Virus record (IMG/VR): IMGVR_UViG_3300023173_000036
Location: 1 to 40,529 of that record
Source of the DNA: a virus
Lineage: Duplodnaviria > Caudoviricetes
Length of the DNA: 40,529 bases
Reading direction: 5' to 3' (one strand)
Within the stretch, counting starts at the first letter, position 1. Each line of letters begins with the position of its first letter. The notes below the pieces were generated by a model. It made no database searches, had not been told where the DNA came from, and was given only the letters and a program-made list of their open reading frames with translations. Shown piece by piece: positions 25,858 to 35,562 of the stretch. The translations under genes and the position numbers were made by a program.

Positions 25858-25886
25858 AGTTTAGCATATTTTAAGAAGAAAGTCAA
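25858..25886 (-). promoter_or_regulatory. sigma70-type promoter for the ejection-protein genes
   Basis: Minus strand TTGACT-17 bp-TAAACT with extended -10 TG. Confidence 0.75.
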
Positions 25887-25894
25887 CAGTAAGA

Positions 25895-26182
25895 TTAAAC
25901 TATTTTAGTCCAACCAGTGGATTTGTATACATATAAACCTTCTCCTCCTCCTGTAGGGTTCCAACCTACACCATCAGCATAAGCTACTAATCCTACAGTA
26001 ACTCTTTCAGGTGCTTCAGTAAGAGGAGGATACTGATGTTCCAGTGAACTAATAGCTTGAGATACTCTCTGAAACTCCTCATACATCCAGCGAATGTAAG
26101 GACTAATCTCAGGAGTTATCTGCTCACGATTAGGAGGTACAGAAGCTACATATCGAGTAGAACTAGATTGTACTGCCATCAC
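25895..26182 (-). CDS. small tail-associated protein
   Basis: Follows the nozzle gene; YADGVGWNP.GGGEGLYVY. Confidence 0.65.
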   Translation of the reverse strand: MMAVQSSSTRYVASVPPNREQITPEISPYIRWMYEEFQRVSQAISSLEHQYPPLTEAPERVTVGLVAYADGVGWNPTGGGEGLYVYKSTGWTKIV

Positions 26183-27720
26183 TTACCTCCCTCAGTTGTA
26201 TACTGAATAGTGAAACTCTCAATCAGTGGTAAGGCTGTACCTGAGTTACCACTAAGCCTGAAGCTAATGTATCGTCCCTGCCCCCTTAGGTAATGTCTGA
26301 ACTTACCAACAGAGTACGTAGTAGGAGTCTTCCAGCTTACACCATCACCAGAGTTATACTGACTGCCTACCCTTACAGAGATAGTTCCTTCACCTGCAAT
26401 GTTAGGTGTCATACTGTTCAAGTACTTAACCTTGGTCAAATCTCCTAAGGAAGCAGAGAGTTTCTCTAGTACCCACTCATAGGTTTGTCCATCAAACAAA
26501 GAAGAGTTGTCTACTTGATAGACAGCAGTGTCTTCCTTACTAGCCATCACAATAGATGAGTTAGCAGGAGAGTAAGCATTAGCATCCCAGTGTAATGATC
26601 CTAGATCCCATGATACATTCCTACCAGTGTTCCATACTTCATCTTCCTTAGGATCTACAATAGCTGTAGTAGCGTGTGCCAGATTAGGTAAGTCTCTGGT
26701 ACTCCATGTGTTGTATACCCAGTTCCAGACAAGAGCAGTGTTACATGAACCATTAACACTGTTGTCATCAGGGTAGCAGATCCATATCTCCTTCTCTTCT
26801 GGGTTACTTACAGTGAACACATTCTGATAGAAGTCTTGGTTTAAACTACGGAAGAATAGATCCTTAACTTTCTTATCAGCAATAGAAGAATCTTGGATAC
26901 CATCATGAATGTAGATGTCATCAAAGTCTACTACAAAGTGTTTACCTTCAAACTGGCTAACACACTCTCTGGATAACATTCCTCTATCTTCAAAGATCTT
27001 AGCAAAAGAAAAGACATAGATCCCCCCAATGAATTGACAAGAGTAGACAGAATCAGTCTTGTAGATAATCAATTGATCTCTAAGCTGAGAAGCATCTACG
27101 AGCTCCCCATCTGTATCAGCCAATGCTAGTTGACCAGCTTGAGTAGTAGGATCAGTAACATCCCAACTAGGAGGTTCTACACCTACATCAGCCGGATCAC
27201 TCCACCTTAAACTAAGGGGTAAGGATTGACCAGACTCCTCGATGTTAAGGGCAAACAAGTAGTTCTTGAAACCCCTGAAAGTTTTAGCTTTGAAGTTAGC
27301 TGGTAAGTTAACAGAGTCTTTAAAGTCAGCATCAGCTACTTCTTTGACTTGTAACCTGTCTGACTCGTTGTTAAAGTATAAGCAACTGTTAAGAGCAGTG
27401 CTACTCCATCCAGCATCTACAGCATAGTTACCACCTGATGTACGAGTAACATCCTCCCATAATCCATTAGAGTTCTTATAAAGTTTACCACTTCCTGCTA
27501 CATAGATCTCAGGGGTATCATTCTGGATAAGACCTCTTACATGTTCAGGGTTAACAGGAGGTGGGTCAAAGACTCTAGAGTGTCCTTGTACAGGAGTAAG
27601 TCTCCCTGACTTCAACCTTAAGTTATGGATAGTGGAGAACTGATTATTCTCAAGATCCACAGCAGGGAGATCAGCTACTAGCCCACCTGATACTGAGATA
27701 GGCATATTCAGATAAGCCAT
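26179..27720 (-). CDS. tail nozzle / packaged-DNA stabilisation protein (P22 gp10-like)
   Basis: ~510 aa beta-propeller-like sequence; LRWSD...W motif; position. Confidence 0.8.
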   Translation of the reverse strand: MAYLNMPISVSGGLVADLPAVDLENNQFSTIHNLRLKSGRLTPVQGHSRVFDPPPVNPEHVRGLIQNDTPEIYVAGSGKLYKNSNGLWEDVTRTSGGNYAVDAGWSSTALNSCLYFNNESDRLQVKEVADADFKDSVNLPANFKAKTFRGFKNYLFALNIEESGQSLPLSLRWSDPADVGVEPPSWDVTDPTTQAGQLALADTDGELVDASQLRDQLIIYKTDSVYSCQFIGGIYVFSFAKIFEDRGMLSRECVSQFEGKHFVVDFDDIYIHDGIQDSSIADKKVKDLFFRSLNQDFYQNVFTVSNPEEKEIWICYPDDNSVNGSCNTALVWNWVYNTWSTRDLPNLAHATTAIVDPKEDEVWNTGRNVSWDLGSLHWDANAYSPANSSIVMASKEDTAVYQVDNSSLFDGQTYEWVLEKLSASLGDLTKVKYLNSMTPNIAGEGTISVRVGSQYNSGDGVSWKTPTTYSVGKFRHYLRGQGRYISFRLSGNSGTALPLIESFTIQYTTEGGK

Positions 27721-27730
27721 AAGTAGCTCC

Positions 27731-28381
27731 TTAAGTTTTCATAATGTAAGCAATAGCATAGTAAGGAGGGATGTTATCACCACTACCATCGAAGGTAATG
27801 TTGTGACTGTGCCCTTGTCCTCCACCTACATAACTAGTCAGTGGTGAATCATCAGATGATACAAGGCCACTACCTACAATACGGTTAGCAGTAGGGCCAG
27901 CAGTAGAAGTCCCATACTTAGTAGCATAAGCATTACAAGAACCACCTTGGTGTTGGTGATTAGGCATCTGGTTTACTGTGAGTGTGTGAGACTCAGTAAC
28001 AGTAGGGTGAGGGATATCAGCACTACCCCCAGTAGTGTTGACGTTATAACTACCACCAGTGTCTCCTGTAGCGGCTACTATAAATTTACCTCTTAGGTCA
28101 GGAGTACCAGCAGTGCCATCACACAATGTCCAACCATCTGGGATATTAGCTACTAACCCAGACCACATAGAGATAAGTCCAGTAGGTATGAAGTTAGTAG
28201 GATCAGTTGTTAAGTTAAGTTGAGCAGGAGTAGCTGTCACTGCTCCATCAATGTTAGGGAAGGAGTTGAGCAATGTCTTCTTAATCAGACGTATATGATC
28301 ATCCCCTTGCCTACGAGTATCAGTTCCAGTAGGGTTAGTTGCTACCAGATCATCAATGTATGTACCTGACTCTAATGGCAT
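27731..28381 (-). CDS. short tail fibre protein with tail-collar domain
   Basis: GDDHIRLIK N-terminal anchor; IPDGWTLCDG..TPDLRGKF collar; PPYYAIAYIMK. Confidence 0.85.
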   Translation of the reverse strand: MPLESGTYIDDLVATNPTGTDTRRQGDDHIRLIKKTLLNSFPNIDGAVTATPAQLNLTTDPTNFIPTGLISMWSGLVANIPDGWTLCDGTAGTPDLRGKFIVAATGDTGGSYNVNTTGGSADIPHPTVTESHTLTVNQMPNHQHQGGSCNAYATKYGTSTAGPTANRIVGSGLVSSDDSPLTSYVGGGQGHSHNITFDGSGDNIPPYYAIAYIMKT

Positions 28382-28391
28382 AGGTTACTCC

Positions 28392-28550
28392 TTAGCCTAA
28401 GAAAACTTTAGAAGCAGTCTCTACTTCCTTCACAATCTTATCATCAATCTTGGTCTCAGTAAGCTTAGCTAATTCTTTAAGTACTTTAACAGTAACATTG
28501 ATTAGTAAACCACGGACTACAGGCATCTTTAGTAAAGTTAGAAAGTTCAT
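28392..28550 (-). CDS. 52-aa protein, holin candidate
   Basis: Translated by hand: MNFLTLLKMPVVRGLLINVTVKVLKELAKLTETKIDDKIVKEVETASKVFLG; AGGT RBS. Confidence 0.55.
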   Translation of the reverse strand: MNFLTLLKMPVVRGLLINVTVKVLKELAKLTETKIDDKIVKEVETASKVFLG

Positions 28551-28559
28551 ATTGGTTAC

Positions 28560-29063
28560 CTATTTAGGATAGTTAGTTTTAATTGACTGGATAGTGTCAA
28601 CCCAAGTGGTAGTACCTTCTACCTGATCATGGTATTGCATATCCAGTTGTTCTTCTTTAGAAGGATAAGCAGCAGCTCTTAGCTTAGAATAGTTAATCTT
28701 CTTCCAAGATTCTACTGATTCAGGGACATAGATCTTTTCTTCTACAGGTTCAGTTGGTTCAGTAGGAAGTATAGCATCTGGATCCCCTTTAGCTTCATAC
28801 TCAGCTAGGGCTAAGTCGTAGTTGTCTTTAGACAGTAGGTATTGGTCGAAGGCTACTAAGTACTCTAAGTCACTAACCTTTTGTAAGTATTCTTGATAAG
28901 TGATAAACTTACTAATGAAAGTATCTACTAGCTCAGATCTCTTACCTTTGTGCTTGTTGATTACAGCAAAGACAGTAGCTTCAGTTACTACTTCAGGAGC
29001 CACTAAGGACTCCTGTTGAGTATCTAAGGAAGTTTCCTGTACAGGGGTTTCCTCAGGTGTCAT
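28560..29063 (-). CDS. tail fibre assembly / chaperone-like protein
   Basis: Directly downstream of the fibre; RAAAYPSKEEQLDMQYHD...W...IK..YPK. Confidence 0.7.
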   Translation of the reverse strand: MTPEETPVQETSLDTQQESLVAPEVVTEATVFAVINKHKGKRSELVDTFISKFITYQEYLQKVSDLEYLVAFDQYLLSKDNYDLALAEYEAKGDPDAILPTEPTEPVEEKIYVPESVESWKKINYSKLRAAAYPSKEEQLDMQYHDQVEGTTTWVDTIQSIKTNYPK

Positions 29064-29074
29064 TTATAAATCTC

Positions 29075-32000
29075 CTATTTAGTGTTTCTAACCCAGCCTA
29101 GAGGTTTAGCTCCACGTTGGTTGAACTTAGTAATCGTGTTACCATTAAGGTCAGTACCAGAAGTAACACCATCCACAATATCAATAAGGTTATCATCACC
29201 CCATCCGTTGCCGTCCCATGCCATAAAATGAGGAACTCCATTCTCCCATAGAATAAGATCATTATGTTTCGACCACCTTGGATCACTTAGAGGTACTCCT
29301 ATAGTGGCGGAACTTATATTTTTCCAATAACCTCGGAATCGTCCATCTGTCACATGATACCAAGTGTTAATAGTCCACCCTGTGTAAGTTTCTGGCTGAT
29401 TCTCAAACTCAGTACCATTATCCAACGAGAAATCCCACACCATCTCCTTACCTTTGTAATCAATGAACAGTTGTCCGTTGATCTCGGTTAGGGTTGAGAG
29501 TGCTTTTAGTGCCGTTGGCTGGGTTGACGGGGGAGAAGGTAAGTTAGTAGCTCCATGCTCAGGATACCAACCAACTGCGGCTGGAAATTTCACGGTATCT
29601 GGTTGGATTTTATAACTAATTAACGCTTGGTTTTCATACAACGGTGTTTGTGTGCTTCCCTGTAAAACCTTACCTATTGTTGATTCAGATAAGATGTTAC
29701 CTTGTTGTGGTAGCTGTGGCATACCTAACCATACATCACCAATACCCTCATTACCCTTGTAAACCACTGCATTATCAGCAGCCTCGGTCAGGTAGGCGTG
29801 GGCTGTGTAATCTTGTATAAAGACCACTCCTGTAGAAAGACTGGTAGTATACGCATTTAAGGTTGTATTGAACGTTGGAGGGTAAGAAGGGTCACTTGTC
29901 CAACTACCTCCATTGTCTGCGGTATATACAGGGTTGTACACTGTACCTACTGTTTTTCTGGTAAATGAGTAGGTTTGAGAAGTCCCATCAGGAATCACAG
30001 GAATCCAATTACCTAACCAACCATTAGCAAGATCAGGTGTTGCAAGGATATTAGCAGGATCACCTATGACATCAGTTTGTAGGAACTCTCCTGAGACTTG
30101 GTTGTTGGTAGGTGCTGATAAAACTGCGTGGTAACTTTTAGCACTATCTCTAACGTATGTACCATCAGACACATCCCAACCAACATAAGTATCAGGAGAT
30201 ATACTAGTCACTGTCGCGGCAGTAATTACTATAGCCCCTGCATCTACTACAGATATTGTATCACCAAGTGATATACCTGTGGTGTCTGGTGTCTGCCATA
30301 TTGTTGAAGCAGCATTAAAACTTGTAGCGGGTTGTAGCTGTACGGTAGTAAATTCTAACTTCTGCAAGCCACGCTCTTCACCATTCTTAAAGCGAGCATC
30401 CTTCTCACCTAGAGCTTCTTCACGAGTAATACCCCAAGCACTTAACCGTAGGTCATCAACACCACCCTGACCATCTGCGTAGATAGCATCGTAGTAGCGT
30501 CCGTCTGGTCTGCCTGAATTTCCACTTGCAATGAAACCAAACCAATCGACCACCTTACTTGGTACTGTAGCAGGGGCAATATCGAAACAATCAGCTTTAC
30601 TAGTGATAGTTGGTGCATCGGTCTTTTCGTACCAATACTTCTTGCCGTTGTAGTCAGACTGCCGCTTAAAGAAGCTACAACCCATACTGTTAAACGATGG
30701 GTGGTACGCTCCTTGGTTGAGTCTACTTACAACACCCAGAACCAAGAAGTAGCATTCACCGTTGACTGCTATGTTATCGTTTGTTGCACTGACCCTAGCT
30801 GCATATACACCTCTATGGTGCTCACCTGTATAGGTTAAGTCTGGATTCTCACTAACGTACCCGTTAAGGTAATCTACATCTAGACTAGTCACTGTGTCAC
30901 GAGTGCCTTGTGGCATGACGTAAGCATACGCATCACTGCTCAACGTAGATGTTTTAGCAACATCAGTATTTAACCACTTGCCATTACCCGCACCCGCAAT
31001 AGTACGCTGTCTGATTCTCCGTTGAACCAAACGTCCATCATCTAGGTAATACAGGTTGTTATCTGGGTCACTCAACATGGCCTTCTGTGCTGACTCGCTG
31101 GACATCCAGAAGTTAACCCCTAGACCTTTAGAGGTAGTGTCACCATCAAACACGGCATAGTAGCTGTCAGGACGGTTAGAATTGCTAGTTGCAATACCAT
31201 TCATGGTTGCAGCTTGTGATTGGATAAGACCGTTAGGGTAGATGTAAGGATTAGCCAGACTGACTTCTTCTAAGTATGCTTCTAGACCGAACAAGTCTTC
31301 TCGTTCAGCGACTACTTTGTTGGTAGCAGTCTCCGCAGCAAAGGCAGTAGCAGAATCAGCATGTTGGACAATAGTACCCGTAGCACTGTCATAGGTGACT
31401 GTACCGTCTGGGGCATCAGAGAATTTGAACTTGTTAGGAGTTGAAGTAGATGAACTATTGATACCATCCAGTACTGTTAGTACACCAGCCATGTTTACAA
31501 CAGGTCGCTCAGTTTTAGAATCACCTATAGCAGAAGCACCTGCTCTTCCCAAAAAGACTTGTTGTACATCAGTAGAGTTAGTCCACATACCTTCGTTGAC
31601 AACTCCCAATACATCCCCGCTCTCAGCTAAATGCTTACCAAAATGAACCATGCCAGAAGCAGCATACTGTTCATTGTTCTGCTTACGGTTAGCTTCAAAC
31701 ACTAGCCCTGATCCAGCCTTAACAGCCAGAGCAGCAGTCAAATCAGTTTGGTCAGTTAGTGTACCACCAATACCTCCCCACTCTAATCCTACAGCAGCAC
31801 TAGCCTTAGCAGCCCAATGTTTAGCAGAGTACTTACCTGTCTCTACTTGTACATCTTCGTCTTCTTCAGCCCATTGTTCAGCTTTATTCTCAGAAGCAAG
31901 AGATTCAGCAGCACTTGTAGCACTTGCACTGGCAGAGTTAGCACTATCAGTAGCACTTACACCAGCGTCAATAGAGGATTGTTGTGCAGTACTAGAAGCT

Positions 32001-32251
32001 TGTTCAGCAGAGATACGTGCAGTCTCAGCTTGATCAGCAGATAGTTGAGCAGCACTAGCAGAGTTACTAGCACTAGCAGCATCAGCCATAGCACTTGAAG
32101 CACTAGTAGCAGCATTAGATTCAGATTGAGCAGCAGCAGTCTCACTAGCTTCAGCGTTAGTAGCTGCCTCTTCTGCCCTCTCTACATAGTAGTCTAGGTT
32201 CTCACGGATAACAGTAGATGTACCGTAAAAGCCAGCAGTCTTGTCAGTCAT
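29075..32251 (-). CDS. long tail fibre / receptor-binding protein (1058 aa)
   Basis: Ala/Ser-rich coiled N-terminus, YSAKHWA and WGGIGGTLTDQTDL fibre motifs, long beta-rich body. Confidence 0.85.
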   Translation of the reverse strand: MTDKTAGFYGTSTVIRENLDYYVERAEEAATNAEASETAAAQSESNAATSASSAMADAASASNSASAAQLSADQAETARISAEQASSTAQQSSIDAGVSATDSANSASASATSAAESLASENKAEQWAEEDEDVQVETGKYSAKHWAAKASAAVGLEWGGIGGTLTDQTDLTAALAVKAGSGLVFEANRKQNNEQYAASGMVHFGKHLAESGDVLGVVNEGMWTNSTDVQQVFLGRAGASAIGDSKTERPVVNMAGVLTVLDGINSSSTSTPNKFKFSDAPDGTVTYDSATGTIVQHADSATAFAAETATNKVVAEREDLFGLEAYLEEVSLANPYIYPNGLIQSQAATMNGIATSNSNRPDSYYAVFDGDTTSKGLGVNFWMSSESAQKAMLSDPDNNLYYLDDGRLVQRRIRQRTIAGAGNGKWLNTDVAKTSTLSSDAYAYVMPQGTRDTVTSLDVDYLNGYVSENPDLTYTGEHHRGVYAARVSATNDNIAVNGECYFLVLGVVSRLNQGAYHPSFNSMGCSFFKRQSDYNGKKYWYEKTDAPTITSKADCFDIAPATVPSKVVDWFGFIASGNSGRPDGRYYDAIYADGQGGVDDLRLSAWGITREEALGEKDARFKNGEERGLQKLEFTTVQLQPATSFNAASTIWQTPDTTGISLGDTISVVDAGAIVITAATVTSISPDTYVGWDVSDGTYVRDSAKSYHAVLSAPTNNQVSGEFLQTDVIGDPANILATPDLANGWLGNWIPVIPDGTSQTYSFTRKTVGTVYNPVYTADNGGSWTSDPSYPPTFNTTLNAYTTSLSTGVVFIQDYTAHAYLTEAADNAVVYKGNEGIGDVWLGMPQLPQQGNILSESTIGKVLQGSTQTPLYENQALISYKIQPDTVKFPAAVGWYPEHGATNLPSPPSTQPTALKALSTLTEINGQLFIDYKGKEMVWDFSLDNGTEFENQPETYTGWTINTWYHVTDGRFRGYWKNISSATIGVPLSDPRWSKHNDLILWENGVPHFMAWDGNGWGDDNLIDIVDGVTSGTDLNGNTITKFNQRGAKPLGWVRNTK

Positions 32252-32904
32252 TAGAAGTAAGCTCCTTCATCATTCATTGAGGGTAACACAGATAAAGTAG
32301 AACCACTCATCTCTGCTTCTGCTTGCATCTCTATTAGATTAACCTTAGCTTGGTTGTAAAGTCTCTCGTAGTAAGAAGCTCGTTCCTCGTTAAAGGTGTA
32401 TTGGTGTAAGAACATAAGTGCACCAAAGAGATAGACAGTAGGCATTACCGCTAACACAAAGTTAATTTGATTAGGGTCTACTGATTCTAGCTCGATAAGG
32501 CTAGGGATGACAGCGTAGTAAGTAAGGAAGATTTCTACATCTTGTCCTACGTTAGGGGCAAAGATGAAAGAACCATAATCTCTTTCGAAGTAAGCTGGTA
32601 CTCCTACGTCTTGGAAGTTACCACCTAAAGTTACAGCTTCGTTAGGTTTACGTAGAACTGGCTTAAGGTTACCTTTTGTGTCTAACACTTTAAGGTGCTT
32701 AGCTTTAAGATAATCAAATGGGATTACTGCTTCCCCTGCACTATCAGTTAGGAGGGTAGTTTTGATTTCATTAGCAGGTAAGAAGAAGTCCTGCTTGTAG
32801 TCTTGTTCAGTTAAGAATATAAAGTGGTTAAGCTGTGTATCATCAATATCATCTCGCTCTGACCACAGTTTGATCTGATCTCTAAGCTCAGCCAGATTCT
32901 GCAT
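32251..32904 (-). CDS. head-tail adaptor / tail tubular protein A-like
   Basis: ~210 aa; P.VYLFGAL motif; downstream of the capsid gene. Confidence 0.75.
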   Translation of the reverse strand: MQNLAELRDQIKLWSERDDIDDTQLNHFIFLTEQDYKQDFFLPANEIKTTLLTDSAGEAVIPFDYLKAKHLKVLDTKGNLKPVLRKPNEAVTLGGNFQDVGVPAYFERDYGSFIFAPNVGQDVEIFLTYYAVIPSLIELESVDPNQINFVLAVMPTVYLFGALMFLHQYTFNEERASYYERLYNQAKVNLIEMQAEAEMSGSTLSVLPSMNDEGAYF

Positions 32905-32912
32905 GTTAACCT

Positions 32913-33278
32913 CTATTTATTAATCTTGTTCCCTTCCTTAACAATATCAGTAGAGGAGATAGCTCCTTCCCAAACCCTAAGTGCTTGGAACTCATTACTG
33001 TTAAGGCGGATAGCTAACTTACGAGCTAGCTCAGGGTCTTTGTTGTGTCTACCTTGTAGGTAAGCTAGCTTGTCTCCTGCATCTTCTAATCCCCATTGCA
33101 TGAAGAGTACTTGAGGGATTCTAGCTACATGCTTACCAAAAGATTTATTACCACCATCTACTTTCTTTAACTGTTCGACTTGGTCTACTTGTACCTGACA
33201 GTCTTGAGAGTGATGAGTAATAAGTTTGTTACCTTCTAACTTAGAAGCAAAGTCGATGTCGTAATTACGCTTACTCAT
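32913..33278 (-). CDS. hypothetical morphogenesis protein
   Basis: GAGG RBS; KHVARIP motif; follows the capsid gene. Confidence 0.75.
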   Translation of the reverse strand: MSKRNYDIDFASKLEGNKLITHHSQDCQVQVDQVEQLKKVDGGNKSFGKHVARIPQVLFMQWGLEDAGDKLAYLQGRHNKDPELARKLAIRLNSNEFQALRVWEGAISSTDIVKEGNKINK

Positions 33279-33293
33279 TATTATACCTCTGAT

Positions 33294-33322
33294 AAAGAAA
33301 AAGCTAGCCCCGAAGGACTAGC
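33294..33322 (-). terminator. intrinsic terminator after the major capsid gene
   Basis: Minus strand GCTAGTCC-TTCG-GGGCTAGC-TTTTT. Confidence 0.88.
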
Positions 33323-33345
33323 AATTCCAGATAGGGATCACCCCC

Positions 33346-34299
33346 TTATGCTTGCACACCGTAGAATGCAAAGTGAGCTTTCTCGTTGTTAACCTTAAGG
33401 CCACATTCAACAAGCATTTGCTCACGATCAGAGTCACCAACTTTAGCAAGTGGGTTAGTCTCGAAGCTACGTAGATACTTCATAGACGCAAACTCTGGGT
33501 CAATACCAAAGATAGTATTCGCTTCGATGTCTCGACAAGGGATCATCTCAACAGTACCAAACTCAGATACATACACATCTACGTGAGCGTGTACAACAGT
33601 ATCAGAGTCAGTAGCTCGAACATTGTCTGCTCGACCAGTGAAGCCATTAGCAGTACGCTTAATAGCTGCTGGCATGAACATCTTAGTAGGACGAGCACCA
33701 TTCTCCCAAGAAGCTTGTAGGCGATCTTGTAGAGCAGTCTCAGTCAGGGAGTAAAGAGTACCAGCAGTTGGGACGTCTGAACCATCACCAGTAGGAGCAG
33801 CACCACCTACACCAACAGTAACATTGGTAGCAATGTAAGAGGCCAAGTTACCAGTAAGGCGAGCAGTAGAATCATTACCTGCTTGCTTAGCTTGGTGGAT
33901 ACCAGTAATTACTGCTTCCAAATCCTTACGTAGCTCAACACCTTTCTTAAGACGTTGGTAGTCTAGCTCGTTACCACGACCTGCTGAGTTTAGTGCATGA
34001 GATGTACCAGTTACACCATACACTTTGTCAGAGATCTGATGGTAGTTGTTAAGGCGAGTGGTAGCTGTCAATGCACCTGCTGATGCATCCTCACCTTCAA
34101 TCTTAGCATTGTTAGGATTAGGTGTTTCCAATCCATCGACCTGCCAATCGAATTGAGTGTTGCCACCACCTTCTCCGTCAGTACCGATAGCGGTAAGTAC
34201 AGGAGTTTCGGTAGGGTCAATGTTGTAGATCATATCAGATAGATCTTCACGAGTACCGTTGATCTCGTGTGAAGCGAACATATTTGCGCGTTTAGCCAT
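33346..34299 (-). CDS. major capsid protein (DUF5309 / LUZ24-like)
   Basis: GTREDLSDMIYNIDPTETP, NNYHQIS, AGRGNELDYQ, LAKVGDS. Confidence 0.93.
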   Translation of the reverse strand: MAKRANMFASHEINGTREDLSDMIYNIDPTETPVLTAIGTDGEGGGNTQFDWQVDGLETPNPNNAKIEGEDASAGALTATTRLNNYHQISDKVYGVTGTSHALNSAGRGNELDYQRLKKGVELRKDLEAVITGIHQAKQAGNDSTARLTGNLASYIATNVTVGVGGAAPTGDGSDVPTAGTLYSLTETALQDRLQASWENGARPTKMFMPAAIKRTANGFTGRADNVRATDSDTVVHAHVDVYVSEFGTVEMIPCRDIEANTIFGIDPEFASMKYLRSFETNPLAKVGDSDREQMLVECGLKVNNEKAHFAFYGVQA

Positions 34300-34304
34300 A
34301 GTGT

Positions 34305-35270
34305 TTAGTTTCCTTTTCTAGCTTGCATAAGTGCTTGTGCATCTTTGATTGAACCTGTACGATTGAACTGGGCTTCTAGTTCTGCTATCTTCTTAGTGTT
34401 AGCATTGAACTGTCGTTCCCCTTGACCAGCCTTCATTACCTTAGGTACTTTACGCTTGATCTTCTTGTTCAGTACAGACTTTTTCTTAAGTTGTAGTTCG
34501 TCAAACTGTTTAGCTTTATCAACTAGTTCAGCCATCTTATGATGAGCGAACATAGACATGTCTTCGAATCCAGCATCAGACAAGTAGGACTTTAGCTCCT
34601 CGCGTTTAGTGTCCCAGTCTTCATACTGTACTCGTAGTAAGTCTTGTTGCTCATTCCAGTAAGCTTCGAATTGAGCCTGCTGCGTTTGCTGTTGAAGCTG
34701 TTGTGCTTGCTGGTTCATCTGAGCTTGGTGGTTGATAGTCTGTTGTAGTTGAAGTAGACGGTAGTGTAGATCACGCTTCTGCCCCTCATCAGTAGTACGT
34801 TGATACTCTTGTTGAAGTTGGGTGTACTGTCGTTGTTCTGCACTAACGTTTTGAGCTAGAGCTTGGTTTAGTTGTTCAAGCTTACCTTGATACTCAGCCT
34901 CTAAGTCTTTAGCTCGCTTAGCATCAGCTTGACGTTTACGTGTATAGTCATTGTGTCGAAGGTAACCTTTGTGAAGTTCCTCAGTGGTAACTTCTACTGT
35001 TTCACCATCTACCTCAATCTCCCATACATCATCTTCCTCAGAGTCTTCTGATTCTTCACCTTCCTCTTCCAGATCGTCATCTTCAGATTCTAGTTCTTCC
35101 TCTTCATACTCCTCAGATTCAAGAGTATCTTCATACTCCTGATCCACAACTTCGTCTACACTAACATTATCAAGTTGTTCAGTCTCCTGAGCTTGTTCAC
35201 GATTAGCGGCTAGTTGTGCAACAGCCTGATCAATTGTCAGTCCTGCATTAGGGTTGTTGACATCAGACAT
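34305..35270 (-). CDS. capsid scaffolding protein
   Basis: Acidic N-terminus; EVDGETVEVT.EEL.KGY....DYTRK; Q-rich coiled coil. Confidence 0.9.
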   Translation of the reverse strand: MSDVNNPNAGLTIDQAVAQLAANREQAQETEQLDNVSVDEVVDQEYEDTLESEEYEEEELESEDDDLEEEGEESEDSEEDDVWEIEVDGETVEVTTEELHKGYLRHNDYTRKRQADAKRAKDLEAEYQGKLEQLNQALAQNVSAEQRQYTQLQQEYQRTTDEGQKRDLHYRLLQLQQTINHQAQMNQQAQQLQQQTQQAQFEAYWNEQQDLLRVQYEDWDTKREELKSYLSDAGFEDMSMFAHHKMAELVDKAKQFDELQLKKKSVLNKKIKRKVPKVMKAGQGERQFNANTKKIAELEAQFNRTGSIKDAQALMQARKGN

Positions 35271-35293
35271 AATAAAACTCCTAGTTGTCGTTG

Positions 35294-35515
35294 TTACTCA
35301 TCATAGTTGTTGTTAGGGATTTCTACTTCTTTGTAAAGTTCAGAAGCAGCTCTAACTCTTAGTAGTTGGACAGAGTGGTAAAGGAAGTAAAGATCTTCCC
35401 TTTCCTTAGTTTCATCCATCCTCGTATTAACAATACTAGTTTGAAGAGTAGATTCTACATCATCCATCCACTCATTAAACTTCTTAAAGGTTACGATGTC
35501 GTTATCTTTACTCAT
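35294..35515 (-). CDS. small hypothetical protein between portal and scaffold (73 aa)
   Basis: AAGGA RBS favours ATG 35515 (MSKDND). Confidence 0.75.
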   Translation of the reverse strand: MSKDNDIVTFKKFNEWMDDVESTLQTSIVNTRMDETKEREDLYFLYHSVQLLRVRAASELYKEVEIPNNNYDE

Positions 35516-35536
35516 AGTTGTTATCCTTGTAGTTAG

Positions 35537-35562
35537 AAAAAGGGCTACCCCGAAGAGTAGCC
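35537..35562 (-). terminator. intrinsic terminator after the portal gene
   Basis: Minus strand GGCTACTC-TTCG-GGGTAGCC-CTTTTT. Confidence 0.8.

Noticed and set aside
31395-32145. Several antisense and alternative-frame ORFs in the tail-fibre gene
   Set aside because: Shadow ORFs caused by Ala/Ser-rich repetitive codons; no RBS or coherent product
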